A DNA stretch of 64,000 nt from Macrostomum lignano. Taxonomy: Eukaryota. The stretch's first letter is position 1. Each line of letters begins with the position of its first letter. The translations under genes were made by a program, and so were the position numbers. Positions 13,495 through 24,758 of this stretch are shown here, in pieces. Location: NCBI GenBank assembly GCA_002269645.1, contig NIVC01001414.1, forward strand, positions 248,001 to 312,000, given 5' to 3'. The notes beneath the pieces are model-generated. The model had not been told where the DNA came from and did no database searches. It saw only the letters and a program-made list of their open reading frames with translations.

Positions 13495-15270
13495 AAAATC
13501 ATAGAAGCGTCATGTAAAAAATCATAGAAGCGTCATGTAAAAAATCATAGAAGCGTCATGAAAATATCATAGAAGCGTCATGTAAAAAATCATAGAAGCG
13601 TCATGTAAACAATCATAGAAGCGTCATGTAAAAAATCATAGAAGCGTCATGTAAAAAATCATAGAAGCGTCATGTAAACAATCATAGAAGCGTCATGTAA
13701 AAAATCATAGAAGCGTCATGTAAACAATCATAGAAGCGTCATGTAAACAATCATAGAAGCGTCATGTAAAAAATCATAGAAGCGTCATGTAAAAAATCAT
13801 AGAAGCGTCCTGCAGATATCGTAGAAGCGTCATGAAATAATCATAGAAGCGTCATGTAAAAAGCATAGAAGCGTCATGTAAAAATCATAGAAGCGTCATG
13901 AAAAAAACATTGGAGCGTCATGAAAAAATCATAGAAACGTCATGTAAAAATCATAGAAGCGTCATGTAAAAATCATAGAATCGTCATATAAAAAGCATAG
14001 AAGCGTCATGTAAAAAATCATGGAAGCGTCATGTAAAAATCATAGTAGCGTCATGTAAAAAATCATAGAAGCGTCATGAAAAAATCATAGAAGCGTCATG
14101 AAAAAAACATTGGAGCGTCATGAAAAAATCATAGAAACGTCATGTAAAAATCATAGAAGCGTCATGTAAAAATCATAGAATCGTCATATAAAAAGCATAG
14201 AAGCGTCATGTAAACAATCATAGAAGCGTCATATAAAAATCATAGAAGCGTCATATAAACAATCACAGAAGCGTCATGAAAAAATCATGGAAGCGTCATG
14301 TAAAAATCATAGAAGCGTCCTGCAGAAATCGTAGAAGCGTCTTGAAATAATCATAGAAGCGTCATGTAAAAAGCATAGAAGCGTCATGTAAAAAATCATG
14401 GAAGCGTCATGTAAAAATCATAGAATCGTCATATAAAAAACCTAGAAGCGTCATGTAAAAATCATAGAAGCGTCATGTAAAAAATCATGGAAGCGTCATG
14501 TAAAAATCATAGTAGCGTCATGAAAAAATCATAGAAGCGTCATGAAAAAAACATTGGAGCGTCATGAAAAAATCATAGAAACGTCATGTAAAAATCATAG
14601 AAGCGTCATGTAAAAATCATAGAATCGTCATATAAAAAGCATAGAAGCGTCATGTAAACAATCATAGAAGCGTCATATAAAAATCATAGAAGCGTCATAT
14701 AAACAATCACAGAAGCGTCATGAAAAAATCATGGAAGCGTCATGTAAAAATCATAGAAGCGTCCTGCAGAAATCGTAGAAGCGTCTTGAAATAATCATAG
14801 AAGCGTCATGTAAAAAGCATAGAAGCGTCATGTAAAAAAATCATGGAAGCGTCATGTAAAAATCATAGAATCGTCATATAAAAAACCTAGAAGCGTCATG
14901 TAAAAATCATAGAAGCGTCATATAAAAAGCATAGAAGCGTCATATAAACAATCACAGAAGCGTCATGAAAAAATCATGGAAGCGTCATGTAAAAATCATA
15001 GAAGTGTCATGTAAAAAATCATGGAAGCGTCATGAAAAAATCATAGAAGCGTCATGAAAAAATCATAGAAGCATCATGTAAAAATCATAGAAGCGTCCTG
15101 CAGAAATCGTAGAAGCATCATGTAAATAATCATAGAAGCGTCATGTAAACAATCATAGAAGCGTCATGAAATAATCATAGAAGCGTCATGTAAAAAGCAT
15201 AGAAGCGTCATGTAAAAAGCATAGAAGCGTCATGTAAACAATCATAGAAGCGTCATGAAAAAATCATAGA
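13495..15270. repeat. 21-22-bp satellite, array 3, with a 444-bp higher-order duplication
   Basis: Variant monomers cattggagcg (14108, 14552) and cctgcagaaatcg (14319, 14763) both recur 444 bp apart. Confidence 0.93.
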
Positions 15271-16622
15271 AGCCTCATTTAAAAACTAATGAAAGCGTCA
15301 TTTAAAAAATTAAGAAGCATCATGGAAGAATAAAAGAAGTGTAATGTAAAAATCAAAAGAAGCGTCATGTCAGACATGAAGGGTGTCATGTAAAAATAAA
15401 ATGCAGCTATAATGCTGTGCTGGGAAGAAAAACTGAGACGTAAAGGCTCTCAGAGAATAACTGAGATTACGAGGGGGGGTTGTTTCTGGGATCTCAAAGC
15501 AAAAGTCAGAAGCTACTTCAAAGTTCATGTACTTTACTCAATTTTTATTGCATTCTTTGTTGGCTCGCCATGGGGGGGTGCTGATAGAAGAAGAGTCATG
15601 TAAAAAATAAAAGTAGCACTATGTATACATAAAAGAAAAGTCATGTCGAAGTTAAAAGATTCATTTGGGAATTGCTACGATGTCAAAGCTTGGTGGAAAT
15701 CGTTATAGTGCTGTGATTCTTAAAGAAGGAATCACTAAAATGTCAAGGCTTAGGGGAGAAGAATTGCTGAGATTTCAAGGCTTTATGTTGGGTTAAAGTT
15801 AGGTTTAGGTCAGGTGTGGGTTGAGGGTTATATTTTATCGGGTTTCAAGGTTAACAGTGGATTTTTTAGATTTCAAGGTTTATGGGGGCCATCGCTGACA
15901 TGTCAAGGCTTACGGGGGGGAATAGCTGAGATGTCAAGGCTCACGGGGGTATAAATGAGATTTCAAGGCTAAAGTCAGAAGCTACATGTAGTTTATTGAA
16001 AACTTTTTATTACATTATTTGATGCCTCCTCAGGCGAGGGATCGCTGATAAAAAAAGCGTTATGTAAAAAATAAAAGAAGCTTATCGCTATAATGCTGTA
16101 GTAGTGCTATTATGACTCTTAGAGAGAATTACTGAAATTTCAATGCTTTAGGGTTAGGTTAGGGTTAGGGTTAGGGTTAGGGTTAGGGTTAGAAGGTTGA
16201 CAGATATTTTTAGATTTCCAAGGCTTATTGGGGGCATTGCTGAGATGTCAAGGGGGAAGTTGATATGTTAAAGCTGGGGGGGGAATTACTGACATGTCAA
16301 GGCTTACAAGGTTTGACAGGAGATTTTTTAAGATTTCAAGGATACATGTAGCTTATTAAAAAACGTGTATAGCATTTCTTTGGCTCCCCAACGGGGGCGT
16401 AGATTGCTAGTATATTACTAGAGCGTTATGGACAAGCATACAAACCTTAGAGATTTAGTATATTTAGATTGGGTGGCTTTAATTTTTGTTTACTTTTATT
16501 TGAAATGGTTAAATCAGATGTCAGGCATCCCAACACAATCATTACCTTTAAGTTTGATTTACTTAGAATTGTAACTGACGTATGATATTATCATATTTAT
16601 ATACTATTTGCACAATACTCAC

Positions 16623-16986
16623 CTGCTTGTTGAAGTCTCGAATCGTCAGCTCGTCCAGCGGCTTGTTGTCGATAAACCTCTCCAAGCTTCGGCCGTCCAG
16701 CAGCTCCATGAACACAACGACTGTGGTGGGCTCCGGCTGAGCGATGTGCAAGAACTTGACGATGTTGGGATGCCGCAGTCGGCACAGGTTTCTCTCGCTC
16801 TCGACAGCTCTGTGGATCTCTGTGCTCACAGAGGGCAGCTCATCACCGAGCTGCACAGGCAGTCTGAGAGTCTTGGCAGCGCACGTGACGCCCGTGTCAG
16901 TTCGAACTTCGTGGACTTCGCCGAAGCCTCCGCGGCCGATGAGGCGAACTTTGTCCCAGCGCTCCAAGAACAGGGGGCCTTCGGGT
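16623..16986 (-). CDS. Kinase N-lobe exon of the ankyrin-kinase gene
   Basis: IGRGGFGEV (Gly loop), CAAK, ESE (alphaC), LRHPNIVKFL, FMELLDG..FNKQ|gtgagt; acceptor cccctcag|A (phase 2). Confidence 0.92.
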
Positions 16987-17026
16987 CTGAGGGGATGCGA
17001 ATTGAAGCAATGAAGGATAATTTGCA

Positions 17027-17460
17027 TGCAGTAGCTGTGTGTGCTGTAGCTGTGTGTACTGTAGCTATGTGCTGTAGCTGTGTGTGCTGTAGCTGTGTGT
17101 GCTGTAGCTATGTGCTGTAGCTGTGTGTGCTGTAGCTGTGTGTGCTGTAGCTGTGTGCTGTAGCTGTGTGTGCTGTAGCTGTGTGTGCTGTAGCTGTGTG
17201 TGCTGTAGCTGTGTGTGCTGTAGCTGTGTGTGCTGTAGCTGTGTGCTGTAGCTGTGTGTGCTGTAGCTGTGTGTGCTGTAGCTGTGTGTGCTGTAGCTGT
17301 GTGTGCTGTAGCTGTGTGTGCTGTAGCTGTAGCTGTGTGTGCTGTAGCTGTGTGTGCTGTAGCTGTGTGTGCTGTAGCTGTGTGCTGTAGCTGTGTGATG
17401 TAGCTGTGTGTGCTGTAGCTGTGTGTGCTGTAGCTGTGTGCTGTAGCTGTGTGTGCGGTA
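17027..17460. repeat. 13-15-bp intronic minisatellite (ctgtagctgtgtgtg)n
   Basis: Tandem repeat filling the intron; source of the spurious HTATA ORF. Confidence 0.93.
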
Positions 17461-17470
17461 GCGAACTCAC

Positions 17471-17503
17471 AGATGCTCATGAAAGTAGCTCTCTCCTTCA
17501 AAT
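17471..17503 (-). CDS. 33-nt linker micro-exon (FEGESYFHEHL)
   Basis: tttcag| ... |gtgagt; phase 2-2 links the ankyrin exon to the kinase exon in frame. Confidence 0.75.
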
Positions 17504-17910
17504 CTGAAACATGTTGACCGTTAAATGTTTTTTTAGAAGTTCAGTTTCCAGGTAAAGAATACTTAAGTATTAATAGTAACAGTTATTATATATATATACT
17601 TATGTATCCAAAGAGCAGTCACAATTCATTTTTAGTAATAGGGCTTGCAAAAAATGCTTGCTGGTGTCTTACAGCTCGCAGGCAGCTGAACATTAATCTT
17701 CAACTGGCAATCTGCAGTCAAACTGCACTGCAAACTCCCTCAATGCAGCTCAGTCAGTGTCTGCTGCCCATTTAAACTACAAAAATGTAAAAATGCCCAC
17801 TCAGAGCAACTGCAGTCAGCTGCTCAATATTCAATCATAAATTACAGCATAATGTTTATCAATGATAAATCAAAGTCAAAGAGACATTCTAAGTCGTCAT
17901 GGAAACTCAC

Positions 17911-18395
17911 CCACGCAGCAGCTCAGCCAGTTCGCTCTTTCCATTATGTGTGGCCCAATCCAGCGCAGTCTTGCCGTCAACGTCCTTCAGGCTCCAATCC
18001 GCCCCTGAGTCCAGCAGAACCCGACCGACTGCGGCGGCGGTGGCGGGGGGCGCAAAGACGGCTGCATCCATGAGGGGCGTGGCTTCACAGTTATTTCTGA
18101 CATTAGCGGAGTCTCCGGCAGCCAGCAGAGCGGAGGCTGCGGCAGAATTACCAGCCTCAGCTGCACGATGCAGGCAACTTTCAGCCCATTTATCCGCACA
18201 GGTGGGGTCACCCAGCTGCACCAGCTGCTTCCACAGAGCCTCATCGACACACGAGCTGTTCTGAGCTGCCCACATCAACGCGGTGTAACCATTTCTGTCA
18301 GGCAGGTCGCAGCTGTCGTGGGTCGCCGCTCGCCGCAGCCTCGCCGAGTCGCCCGCCTCGGCCAGCCGCTGCAGTTTCTGTCGATCCGCCTCCTC
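17911..18395 (-). CDS. Ankyrin-repeat exon (~4 repeats)
   Basis: GYTALMWAA, ESCLHRAAEAGN, ATPLMDAA, GADWSLKDVDGKTALDWA; ctttgcag| and |gtgagt sites. Confidence 0.9.
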
Positions 18396-18468
18396 CTGCA
18401 AAGGCGAGCGGGAAATTTGAGCACAGCTGCTCAGCTGCAGCCGCATCGGTACTGCAGATGCCGCTCAC

Positions 18469-18523
18469 CTGGTCTGTCAGGCCGGAGATCCAGCCATCTG
18501 CATCCACAACCAGCCGCATCTCC
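18469..18523 (-). CDS. 55-nt linker exon (EMRLVVDADGWISGLTDQ)
   Basis: gttgcag| ... |gtgagc; phase 2 to 0 reconciles the flanking ankyrin exons. Confidence 0.75.
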
Positions 18524-19012
18524 CTGCAACAGCAAAAATGAGCTGCGAATTTGCAATTTTCTCAAATCCTAACTAGAAATTTCTAATTATCTGAGCTGCT
18601 CGCAGATGGAGTTTCCAAGAGGACTGCAGCAGCTCTGCAACAATCAGCATTGGCGAGAGCGCATCCGACTTCTCACACGCAGCTCATTTTCCATTTCTGC
18701 AGCACGAGTTTCCTTCCATCTCACAATGTCTCACAAAGCACTCACGCACAGCTTCCCAGTTCTCCATCAGCAGCTCAACCCACACACTCTCACTGCACAC
18801 CGAGGCCCTACAGCTTCCATTCTCGACTGAGATCAGCCGGCACCCCATTGGCTGTGAGGCAGCCAGCCAATCACAGCTCTCGCCCATCAAGCAGTCAGCC
18901 AGAGACAAGCTCAGCTGACTGGCTCTGATTGGCTGGCATGAGACTGCAGCTCTGGCCACCCCAGCCGAATGCTGCAAAACTTGATGGACACAGCAGCGAA
19001 CTGCTCACTCAC

Positions 19013-19572
19013 CGCTCGATGTAGCTGGCCAGCTCTGAGTGGCCGCTGAGCCTCGCCAGGTCCGACGCCGTCCGACCCTTGGGATTCATCAGTCCGAGCA
19101 GCCGCGACCTCTTCGAGTTTCTGTGCTCCGTGGACTCATTGAAACTCCACTGCCTGAGCAGGTGCAGCAGGTGCTTGGCGCATTTCCAGCTTCCAGTCCG
19201 CGCCGCCTCCATCAGCGGAGTGGCGCCGTTGTTGTTCCGCAGCCACTTCTCATCGAACGACAGCAGCGTCAGCAGCCGCAGGTGGTCCCGCCGGGCTGCC
19301 AGGTGCGCAGCCGTGTCGCCGTTCGCGTCAGCCGCCTTGGGGTTCGCGCCCAGCTCAAATAAGTACAAGATGCACTTTTCAGTGTGCACGGGAGTCTCAG
19401 GAGCGTCGGCCGCCAGCATGAGGACGGTCCGACGAGCTGCATCAGCGCTGGTGACCAGCTGGCGCGTTGCCAGCCGCCGCACCCGGCCGAAGTCACCTCG
19501 GATGACGTCGTGGGCGAGAGTCTGGAGATCGGCTGGTGAGTCTCCGACGCTTGCCCGGTTGCTGGGGTCCGG
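19013..19572 (-). CDS. Ankyrin-repeat exon (3-4 repeats); acceptor ambiguous (19572 or 19561)
   Basis: RTVLMLAA, GANPKAADANGDTAAHLAA, GATPLMEAA, GRTASDLA; donor cg|gtgagt at 19013. The 19561 acceptor fits the phase of the upstream exon. Confidence 0.88.
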
Positions 19573-19589
19573 CTGAGTGAGTTTCTGCA

Positions 19590-19785
19590 ACTGCAATTGA
19601 GGCACCCAAGCTGCACATTCAAACATGTGAGTGAGTTCCCGCAACTGCAATTGAGGCACCCAAGCTGCACATTCAAACATGTGAGTGAGTTCCCGCAACT
19701 GCAATTGAGGCACCCAAGCTGCTCATTCAAACATGTGAGTGAGTTCCTGCAACTGCAATTGAGGCACCCAAGCTGCACATTCAGG
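19590..19785. repeat. 54-bp tandem repeat abutting a splice acceptor
   Basis: About 3.5 copies; 18-aa periodicity in the ORF track. Confidence 0.85.
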
Positions 19786-19914
19786 CCGTAGTTCAAAGTC
19801 TTGAAAAAATTTTCAGTGTAAACTTACTTCTTTAAATAATGTCGTGATGCTAGACGAGGCGGCTCTCCTGGAAGATTAATTTTGTCTAAATTTACGATGC
19901 GTATTTTGATGAAG

Positions 19915-20044
19915 CCTGTCTGTCTGTCTGTCTGTCTGTCTTCGTTTCTGACTGTCTGTCTGTCTGTCTGTCTGTCTGTCTGCCTGTCTGTCTGTCTGTC
20001 TGTCTGTCTTCGTTTCTGTCTGTCTGTCTGTCTGTCTGTCTTAG

Positions 20045-20097
<53 letters not shown>

Positions 20098-20165
20098 TTC
20101 TGTCTGCGTGTCTGTCTGTCTGTCAGTCTGTCTTTGTGTTTTAGTGTCTGTCTAACGTTCTGTCT
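19915..20165. repeat. (TCTG)n microsatellite
   Basis: Directly visible. Confidence 0.95.
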
Positions 20166-20213
20166 GTCAGAAATAGCAGTGTGTGTTGCAGTTGTCTGGT
20201 GTAGATAACTCAC

Positions 20214-20429
20214 TGATGCTCGTAATAGTCCCTGAATTTGTGTCCAGCTGAACTCCTCCAACTCGCCGAGACGGAGGGGTTGTTTTCGATGTCGCTTCCG
20301 CTACCGCTATCGTTATCGCTTCGAGTGTCGGAATAGTATCGGAACAGCTTACCTTTCCTGACCACCAACTTGATGTCGCCCTCGCTTGCGGCCTCTTCTA
20401 AAGTCGCAGCTGTTGTCATTTTGTCTTCT
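20214..20429 (-). CDS. Ser/Asp-rich linker exon (EDKMTTAATLEE..)
   Basis: ttttgccag|A acceptor in phase 2 matches the upstream donor. Donor at 20214 (gtgagt); a competing gtaagc donor lies at 20352. Confidence 0.6.
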
Positions 20430-20760
20430 CTGGCAAAAGGAATTTATGAGGCTTCTGTGTGGTTGAAAAATGTTCTGATGGTAATAAACATGCTGTTTGC
20501 TACTGTAAATTTATTCTTTTATGAGAATTTCGGACTCTAGAGCGTTATGGACAAGCAAGAATTCAAACGTACAAACCTTTAAATATATGTATATTTAGAT
20601 GGATATGAGTTTTCCAGGACAGGCTCTGGGTTGTTGTGGAGAAAAAAACAAAAAAAGTTTTTCAAGTGAATATTCACAACCAGTTCTATCTTACTATCTA
20701 ATAGTCGTTCATCAGCAGATACAAGTACAATTCAGAATGTTAGTAAAATTTTAATCTCAC

Positions 20761-21161
20761 CCCACATTCGGTGTCTCCGCCCTTGCCAGCACTGCGACCA
20801 CCTCCGAGTGCCCTTTGGTCTCTGCCGCATTCAGCGGAGTGGCATCCGAAAAGTTCCTCTCATCGCGGGATGCACCGTATCTGAGGAAAAGCTCAACGAA
20901 TTCCGTGTTGCCAGCAGCAGAAGCCAAGTGCAGAGGCGTATTTCCCTCCAGATCTGCTGCGTTGAGATCCGCACCCAGCTGGAGCAACAGCTCTGCGCAC
21001 TTGAGGTGACATTTGCTAGACGGCCGCAAGCCTCCACTGGCTGCCACCGTGAGAGGAGTTCTTCCCTCCCAGTCTCTCCAGTTGCAGTTCTCTTTGTTTA
21101 CAGTTTTTTTAAACCCCTTCTTCCTAGCTTGGCTGATGAGGCAGTTCAGCTTCTCGGCTTC
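20761..21161 (-). CDS. Ankyrin-repeat exon (~3 repeats)
   Basis: [43 protein letters not shown]; ttttcag|GAA and GG|gtgag. A paralogous exon at 44897-45297 has the same length. Confidence 0.88.
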
Positions 21162-21473
21162 CTGAAAATTTTATGGCAAATTTTTAGGTGACCATCTGTG
21201 GTTTTTTTCGATCGCTTTCTCGGCAACAGAAACGTTTACTTACCGTAATGGAGTGCTCGTTTAACCCAAATTTCTCTCTAAAATGATTTGTTTAAACGGT
21301 AATTTTCATTTTAAAAGAATGAATGCCTGAATATCCACGGTGATACAAAACTAATAAAATAACTAAAAAGATATTTAATTACAATTCCTGAAATGTCAAG
21401 TATAGTTGTCAGTTATCACCCAGTACTTTTATTTTATTGACAGTACTAGGTGTGAAATGTTTAAAATACTCGC

Positions 21474-21691
21474 AGAAGGGCTGCTGGCGAAAGTGACATG
21501 CATCGTTTCAGCAACCCCTGCTGAGGCAGTTCTGCCTATTGCGCTGACTCCTGAGCGCATACGGTACAAGAGCGTCAATACGGTACACAGGCACGCACTC
21601 ATACACACGATCACACAGGATGCATAGCGGTCCTGACTTTCTAATCGTCATACAGGTACATTCTGTGTGCCTTAGGGGTCGGCCCTGATGG
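21474..21691 (-). CDS. Putative exon with a GC donor; 1 nt longer than the in-frame paralogous exon
   Basis: ttcacag| acceptor and |gcgagt donor. The paralog at 46499-46715 is 217 nt and in frame; this copy is 218 nt. Confidence 0.4.
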
Positions 21692-21837
21692 CTGTGAATC
21701 ACAAAAAAACCCCAGCCAATGATCCGTGCACGAGCTCCTAATGAATGGGGCGGCGCACAGAATCAAAACTCTGAGCTGCTCTGCCGTTGTTTGGCTCCCA
21801 GACCTTGAGCCTGACCAGTTCAGGTATTTCTACTCAC

Positions 21838-22445
21838 TGCAGAAGATGCAAGCAGATGTCATCGTAGCCCTGCTTCCACGCAGACCAGTAGATGCTGGCG
21901 TATTTCTTGGCACCGCTGTCACGCAGAATCTCCGGCTCATGCTTCAGAACAGTCTTCACCAGCTCCAGGTTTCCAGCAGAAACAGCCATGGTCAGGGCAG
22001 ACTGACCGGCCTTGTCAGTGAGCTGAGAGTTGGCCCCGTTGTCCAACAGCATCTCTGCTACCGGAGCATTCTCCTCTTCTACTGCCAGCAGCAACGGCGT
22101 CATGCAGCTTCCATCTGCGCTGTTGATGTCTTCCCTGTGGTTTGCCAGCAAAGTGTTTAGCAGAGGAATGTTGTTGGAGAGGACGGCGCAGTGCCAGACG
22201 GAGTGCTTCCGGCTGTCTGCAGCTTGCGGATCAGCTCCTCTGCTGATGAGGATTTCGAAGCACTCGGCATGAGCCTCGGAGCCTTGAGAGAAGTCCGTGA
22301 CTGAGGCTGCTGCGGCACAGAGAAGGGCCGTGCGATGAGGAAACGATTCGTGTGGGTCTTGCAGCACTGACGGATCGGCTTCAAGGATTTGAGCGAGCTT
22401 TGACGCATCTCCGGTGGCTGCGAGATGATGCAGAGCTCTGGGAGT
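21838..22445 (-). CDS. Ankyrin-repeat exon (4-5 repeats)
   Basis: TPRALHHLAATGD, RTALLCAA, GADPQAADSRKHSVWHCAV, MTPLLLAV, GQSALTMAVSAGN; tttacag| and |gtgagt. Confidence 0.88.
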
Positions 22446-24758
22446 CTGTAAAGTTTATTTTGAAGCATATTTATATCAAATATATCAAAACTTACTGGCT
22501 ATGACGAAAATATTATCGCTAGTAGTTTTCTCGGGGGTTTCCAAGACAGCAGAATCTGTATTGTTCCATTGTCGTGCCGTGAATTTGGCATAAAGAAACT
22601 CAAGGTTTATTTTAACTAGCAAGTAGCTTATTTATTAATGACACGAGCAGGGGCTGAGAGAACACCGAAATAAAGTCACGTGATGATAATTAACCACGTA
22701 CAAGTACATGGAGGCTTAGGGGTACGGCCAGTCAGAGCGAAGGGAGAGGAAAGAATGGTGTGCACGTACGATGCACGTACATAGCATAAGTTAGTTAGTC
22801 AGTCAGTGCCTAGAGCTCAGCGCTCCGGCACCACATTCCCAAAGCAATCTCTGAAAGGGGTCCACTTCGATAGAAAGTCCTGCAACATCATATGCTTTTA
22901 CTTGCTACTTAATTAGTCAAGCAATGAATCACTGTTAGCAGACAATTACGAAAAAATAAATTTACAACAAACCCCAGATGTCTCACTGAGTTCCTATTAA
23001 ATATTTTATTATAAACAGCACGAGCCTCATTTAGAATTCGAGCTACATGCAAGAGTATCCTTCTCAGCGCCTGACTTTATACTGGCGCTGGCTTCCTGGC
23101 TGAGAACTTTAAACTAGCTGACTACTGTAGGCCTCCCAAACTGGAAGGCAACATTTTGAATCTACACCCCACCTTCAAACTCTCCGAGTCTGAGACGAGG
23201 CTGCTAGATAGGGGACTCAATTTTATCCCAACCCAAGCCCTTGATTTCGATGATTTGAGGAACTGCATGACGGAATTTCATCGTAAACTTTTCTGGAAAG
23301 ACTTTTTCAAAAAGAGGGGTCTTGCCAATACCAGCCCGCCCCCCCTTCACCGGGAAATCAGTGAAGGAGGTTCCCCTCAGACTTAGAAGGGATGAGTGCA
23401 ACTTGTTGGTACTTGAGAACCAAAATCTGGTAGAGAATTTGACAACGGTACAGATCAAAGGCAACCTAGAGGTACCAGAGACCTGGGCGATTCAGGGGCT
23501 CAAGCGAAACAGCTCCGTCCTTATAAAAAGCCGGACAAAGGCAACGCAGTGGTCATCATGCACCCCAAGGATTACGAATTTGCAGCCTACAACCAATTGC
23601 TTGACACTAATGCCTATCAACAGCTGGACCAGCCACTGCAACCCGAGACTGCGGAACTTATTAGGGGGATCTTCCTCAATTTATGTAACAGAAAGTTCAT
23701 TTCTAAGAAACAGTGTGCATTTCTTTGTCCCGGAGAGAACTTCCGTCCCCGGCATTTCTACCTGCTCCCAAAAATTCACAAGGACCCGGCCACCTGGCTG
23801 ATCCCCTTTCGGGTCCCAGCAGGCAGACCTATTGTTAGCGGATGCAGTTCTGAAGCAATTGGGGCAGAAAAGTACATAGACTTCTTTCTAAAACCGATTG
23901 CCCAAGCGCAACCCACTTTCATTAAGGACTCCTATGACTTCAAGCAGCCTATGACCTTATGGATAAAAGCTGCACAGAAGGTTCGACTCTGGCAACTTGT
24001 GATGTCCAGAGTCTGTACTCCATGATCCCAATAGATCAGGGCATTGCAGCGATCCAGGAATTCTTTAACCGATACCCGGATCCCATTAGACCGGATGCTG
24101 AAATAATAAAGCTACTGGAACTGTGTTTGTACAGGAATGACTTTGAATTTGACAAAATGATTTTCCTACAACTTAGAGGTACAGCCATGGGGCGCATATT
24201 TGCGCCCAGCTATGCCTGTCTCTTCATGAGCCTCTGGGAGGAAACTGCCCTGAGAACTGCTCTTTATAAGCCGAACATCTATTTTAGGTACATAGATGAT
24301 ATCTTCATTCACTGGGAACACCCGGCTGAAGCTCTGACAGAATTTGTTCGACACCTGAATTCAATCAACCCCAACATCAAACTCACCGTCAGCTCCTCAT
24401 CAACTGAGGTCAGTTTCCTTGACATGACCATCAGGAAAGCTGAAAACCGCTTCACAAGACAACTGTTTTCAAAAGAAACAGACACTCATAGATTGTTGCA
24501 CCGACAGTCCTTCCATCCGTCACACACCTTCAAGGGGGTAGTAAAATCCCAAGTCCTTCGGTACTCTCGTATCTGTGATGACTACAAGTCTTTCAACGAT
24601 GCTTTCAATTCTTTAAAATCGGAACTCAAGCAATTAGGCTACTCGAAGATTTTTCTTAGGAACTGCAAAAAGGAGGTCCTCAAACTTATGAACTGGACTG
24701 CGGGACCAACAACCAATCTGGGTCTGCTTCCTAAAGGGTTCCATCCCTGTGGGTCATC

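Larger units (their letters stand above)
2425..16410 (+). mobile_element. Head-to-tail array of about 4 non-autonomous Helitron-like units (family A) filling the kinase intron
   Basis: 5' ends TCC(T/A)ATATACTAAAA at 2425, 8088 and 12890. 3' ends are a GC hairpin (cccc-aac/gaa-gggg) plus CTAG at 8084-8087, 12886-12889 and 16407-16410 (last one followed by T). Junctions read CTAG|TC. Confidence 0.72.

Noticed and set aside
3098-15270. CRISPR-like arrays
   Set aside because: No unique spacers, no cas genes, and a eukaryotic context.
7445-16190. True telomere or chromosome-fusion site
   Set aside because: Only 4-7 hexamers at fixed positions within repeat units, with no head-to-head junction.
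16987-17501. HTATA-repeat N-terminus on the kinase ORF (16563-17501)
   Set aside because: It is an intronic minisatellite bounded by good splice sites at 16986 and 17471.
17852-22272. Plus-strand ORFs overlapping the ankyrin exons
   Set aside because: Antisense shadows of GC-rich coding exons, with no motifs.
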